From NCBI RefSeq assembly GCF_052425735.1, contig NC_135761.1, forward strand, positions 63,178,001-63,241,592: a DNA stretch of 63,592 bases, given 5' to 3'. The DNA is from Oculina patagonica. Its lineage: Eukaryota. The notes below the pieces were generated by a model, which was not told the origin of the DNA, did not search any database, and saw only the letters and a list, made by a program, of their open reading frames with translations. Below are positions 59,528 through 63,592 of the stretch, piece after piece (the stretch's first letter is position 1; each line of letters opens with the position of its first letter). The position numbers and the translations under genes were made by a program.

Positions 59528-62496
59528 GATAACTCAATCAGTGAAATTAACCGGTTGGATTTTTTTTCTCTTAGGCCTATGGATGTCTTCCTGGTATTCA
59601 CGACAAAGTTCTCAAGGCAGTGGACACCCTTATCAAGGCAGCCGCCACAGAAGCAGACAGCTTCATTCATCAAGCAACCGAAAATCTCAATGAAGCCAAG
59701 AACTACTACCGCAAAGCCACAACAAATGAAGCGTTTTATCGACAGAAACTGGACGAAGAGGAGAGAATTCTAGAGAAGAGAAATAGAGAAGTTTGGTTGG
59801 CAGAGCAGCGATACAACAGCAGTTGTACACTGGATGAATGCAAAAAGAGTAAGTTGTTTTCTCCGACTTGATACGACCATCAATGTTTTCCGTAGTCCCG
59901 GAACGCAAATGATAGCGTCGACAGGACGTGTTTTGCAAAGAAGGGAGAAACAGTTACTATATATATTTCTCCCGTTATTTGCGGTTAAGGAACAACAGTG
60001 CGATTTCCTGTTGTTATGTGAGAAATTAAAAAAAATAAGTATAGTTATGCGAGAACTTGAAAAGGATGTACTATCCAGTTTTCCAGAACTAAAAAACGCA
60101 CGTTCAAAAATTCGGCCATTATTTGTTTTTCAAATTTGCCGTTCGTTTTCCGTCTTAAACTTACTCAGTCGTAACCATACGTAATTCACTACCTTGCAAA
60201 GCTATAATGGTAAGGTCCTTAAAGGTAATTTTGTCTTTAAGGAAACGACAACAAAAAATCTTTCACTCGACAAAAGTAACTTCTTTATTGTATCTATCTG
60301 TGATACGAGCATTTAATCTTTTGATTTGTCCTGTTCCTTCGATTTTAGCCTTTTGTGTCATCGACTTTTGCTTGTTACATATTTAGGCTGCATTGGATGC
60401 CCAGATTGGAACAGATGTTGTGCACGTGATGTGTTTGGGAGCTGCGTCGAGTGTCCATCTTGGAATAAGTGCTGCTACAAGACAGGAGATCCCGTATGTG
60501 TTGCTAAGAATCACGGCTGTGACCATATTAGGAAAGTGGCCAGCGGAAATCTCGAGGACGCAAGAGTAAGTTCATGTTAAATGTTTTTAAGGCTTTATAT
60601 TCAGAGATGCATACACTTCTTTTGCTTTCACTGAAATTTGTTAACTAAATCTACATCTAACTAAATCTAAATCTAAATATGATTATGCCACAACTCTAAG
60701 TCGGGGGATTTGCTCCAATTTTAGCAGTTTCGATTCCAAGCTTAATTTAGAATCCTTTTTTCTCTTGAGTCTAATAAATGCTGTTGTCATGGCTTACATG
60801 ACACGGCCCGTAATTCCCACGCACTTTCATGGAACAAAACGCTTCACGTGGTACAAAATCGGACGACGGGTATTTAGTAATAAACCCCTTTAAGCGGCTG
60901 GTCTATTGGAGGATACTTCCTGAGGCTGAAAGATTGTCCGAAAAATGAACAGTTGGCCAAGAAGCAAAGCTTCGAGGGCAACTGTGAGATTTTGAGGCGA
61001 TTTTTCAGCCTTGGATATTATTCTCCAATATACCAGCAAGCCAAAAAGGCGTTTATTTACTAAAAATAAATATTTCGTGGGAACAGCTTCTAACTGACTT
61101 TCATATTCCCGATTTAGGAAACGTTCTTTAACATTAACACAATTATTTTTATTTGTTATCCCAGGATATCTACTTGGATCAGAAGAGACGAGTAGACAAC
61201 GTAACCCAAAGTGTGTTTGACTCAGAATTTTCCAAAGGCAAAACAAAAGCTGTTTTAGATGCCGCTGGTAAAGCCCTCTCTTTAATCGACCGAGACTCAA
61301 CTATTGGCATTGAAGCTTCAAAATCAATTAAACATGTTGGTCTCGAAAACGTGCTCAAAATACAAAGCATATGTTTCCAGGCTCCTGTTGATTCCTTGGC
61401 AACCAGCTGCATTAATATGACTGTGAATGCCAGTGTCATGGGCTCAGATGAGATCAAAACTCTACCTTTCCACGCATGTCTGAACAAAGAGCTTGTACCC
61501 CGGATGGCACGCTTCCTTGCCAACTACCTGTTCCCGGATATTGGAAGTGCCAAACAAAAAAGAAGCTTGATTAGTGAGGAAAAGAACTCTTTGCCTGAAG
61601 GCTTTGGAGACAATGGAGGGTTAACAGCTTTCTTAAGAGGCCGTGGATTGTTGCGGAGGGCGAGAGATGCCGAGTCAGCTGATGAGCGGGAAAATATCGA
61701 ACCGTTCTGGGATCTTATTCAACAACATGATCCGTTGAAAGAAGTGAAGAAGGCTTCACCGCCGAGTCATCCCAGCATGGGCAACTTGAAGAGAAAGTGG
61801 AAGATACCAGGTTTGTCATCACATTCNNNNNNNNNNNNNNNNNNNNNNNNNNNNNNNNNNNNNNNNNNNNNNNNNNNNNNNNNNNNNNNNNNNNNNNNNN
61901 NNNNNNNNNNNNNNNNNNNNNNNNNNNNNNNNNNNNNNNNNNNNNNNNNNNNNNNNNNNNNNNNNNNNNNCTTTCACTCCAAAGGGAGGTATTGGTCTAG
62001 TTACAATAAAGGTGTTATAGCAACTATGCTAACAAATTACTTAATAACAAACAATTGAAATACAATGCAAACGTTTACGGTAATAATTAAACTATTAATT
62101 ATACAACTATTTATTGATATAACTTTCAATTTAAAATTTCTTTTCTTTTTTGAAACATTAGGAAGATATATTTAGCTATGATTCTAGAGGTAGCATAATT
62201 ATCTAGTTTAAGAAGGTACTTTAATTTTTCATGATCAGTTAAATCTACAAACTCGAGGATCAGTTTGTGACACGATGGAATGAAGCTCTTTTCTAACATC
62301 ATTATACCCTTTGCAATACATTATTTCCTAATCGACTGACTGACTGACTGACTGACTGACTGACTGACTGACTGACTGACTGACTGACTGACTGACTGAC
62401 TGACTGACTGACTGACTGACTGGTTCATTCATTCATTCAATCCGTTCATCATTCATTCTATCAATCAATTTGTTCATCATTCATTAATTCAATCAT

Positions 62497-62540
<44 letters not shown>

Positions 62541-62978
62541 TCATAGCATGCATGTAGCCATTGCATGCATTTAGGCATGCATGCATACATACAACCAATG
62601 CATGCTTTCGTTCACTTTTCACTAACACACTTCTCTGACCCCACAATCACGTGGTCCTTGCTCTACTTGGCGCTTATAACGTAATCCAAGATGGTGCCTG
62701 CCGGGAAAAACTGCCAAAACAAATTCAAATTCCTGGAAATAATTTCCGACTGGCCTGATGATCTTTTGCATGGTAAACTGAACTCTCTTTTTGTTTTGCA
62801 GCTACAAAGACCGGGAAATGCAAGATTTATCACCAGTTGCTGGATATCTGCCGAGATATGATGAAGACAGTGAAAAAGATGTACGGAACATACATGTATG
62901 AGCGGTATCTGTTCGCGAAGGAGAAGGATCGTTTCACAAGGAAACTCAAGCGCGTCACGAAAAAATTGGAGATTTCAG
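53761..62978 (+). CDS. Large uncharacterised secreted protein (3'-partial, >1370 aa): signal peptide, ~310-aa beta-rich repeats, coiled-coil with Cys-rich tip, basic cleavage sites
   Basis: Phase-compatible exons 53761-53839 (MSSSPCVILAFLSIFVACRA signal peptide), 55590-55853, 56549-59058, 59575-59848, 60387-60565, 61165-61810, 62802-62978. Ends at a phase-1 donor, so it continues beyond the window. An upstream ATG G|gtaagt at 53354-53357 would add MGNLK in frame. An exon could be hidden in the N gap. Confidence 0.8.
56549..59058 (+). CDS. 2.5-kb internal exon of the secreted repeat protein
   Basis: 832-aa ORF bounded by a tatcgcag acceptor and a CAG|gtaag donor. Confidence 0.92.
59498..59527. 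repeat. (CAAT)n microsatellite
   Basis: Direct reading of the sequence. Confidence 0.85.
61827..61970. other. Assembly gap (144 N)
   Basis: Run of N characters. Confidence 0.99.
62333..62542. repeat. Compound microsatellite (GACT)n, (TTCA)n, (TTTC)n
   Basis: Direct reading of the sequence. Confidence 0.9.
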
Positions 62979-63592
62979 GTACGTTTGATAAATGCGGTTT
63001 GACTTTTGCGGTAGAAGTCCTGAGTTTTCTTTTTATTTACTGGTATACAGTGAAACCTCAATTATACGAATTGCCAAGGGACTGGGAACATGTGCTTGTT
63101 ATAACTGGGGCTTCATTATCCCAGGGGCTCTTTAAATCGGGGTTCCAATGTCCTAGTAAATGGTTTGGAAAAAGTGACTCAATATGTCCAATAATTTAAT
63201 GTTATAATGAATCTTTCTCTTCTGATAGCTAAACAAGTTTCTGGCACTGAAGACCAAATGGAAAGGATTGAACGAAGTCTTAATTTCGTTAGTGATGGTA
63301 AGTGAATAAAAAATACGTTAAATTTAAATAATGTAAAAATTAAATGTTGCATAGTACACAGTTCGACATACTCCACATACTGCGAGGCAGTGGCAGTGGG
63401 GTACAGTAACCTACAGTGAATTTGATACAGAATAGATGACACAAATGTTCAAGAGCTAGTGTATGATGGACAATGCCATTGCAAAGACTCCGTCGGCAAT
63501 GAACTTTTGATTGAGAAATTTTCTTCCATTTTAAAACAGCTTCCTTTTGCTGATCGTTTCCTTAAACCTCATACACCTAATAAACGTTGAGT

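Noticed and set aside
61811-62058. Continuation of the 301-aa ORF through the N gap
   Set aside because: Artefact of Ns. A phase-1 donor at 61811 joins exon 62802 in frame, and the post-gap sequence is intron-like.

Overview
AT-rich, intron-rich animal genomic DNA. The repeat types and gene content suggest a cnidarian, probably a stony coral (inference). By hand-splicing GT..AG exons I can build three protein-coding genes. (1) 7698-43278 (+): a 41-exon, phase-consistent CDS of 6162 nt (2053 aa) for a type-I membrane protein. Its order is signal peptide, LRRNT/LRRCT caps with no repeat stack, furin site RKRR, MAM, SRCR, LDLa, MAM, LDLa, MAM, 3xSRCR, WSC, 2xCUB, Ser/Thr stalk, TM, a tail with FxNxxY/NPxY/2xPPxY, a U-box and C-terminal SEV. 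It looks like a scavenger-type receptor fused to a cytoplasmic U-box ubiquitin-ligase domain, and is the best candidate for an undescribed system here. (2) 46848-48026 (-): a methyl-end (Delta12/omega-3 type) fatty acid desaturase with an intronless CDS. (3) 53761 to beyond 62978 (+): a large, probably secreted, uncharacterised protein with ~310-aa beta-rich internal repeats, a Cys-capped coiled-coil and basic cleavage sites; it runs off the window. Introns and intergenic DNA hold many MITEs (one nested pair), SINEs, a LINE 3' fragment, microsatellites and a 144-N gap. Gene models are manual, have no transcript support, and no database searches were run.
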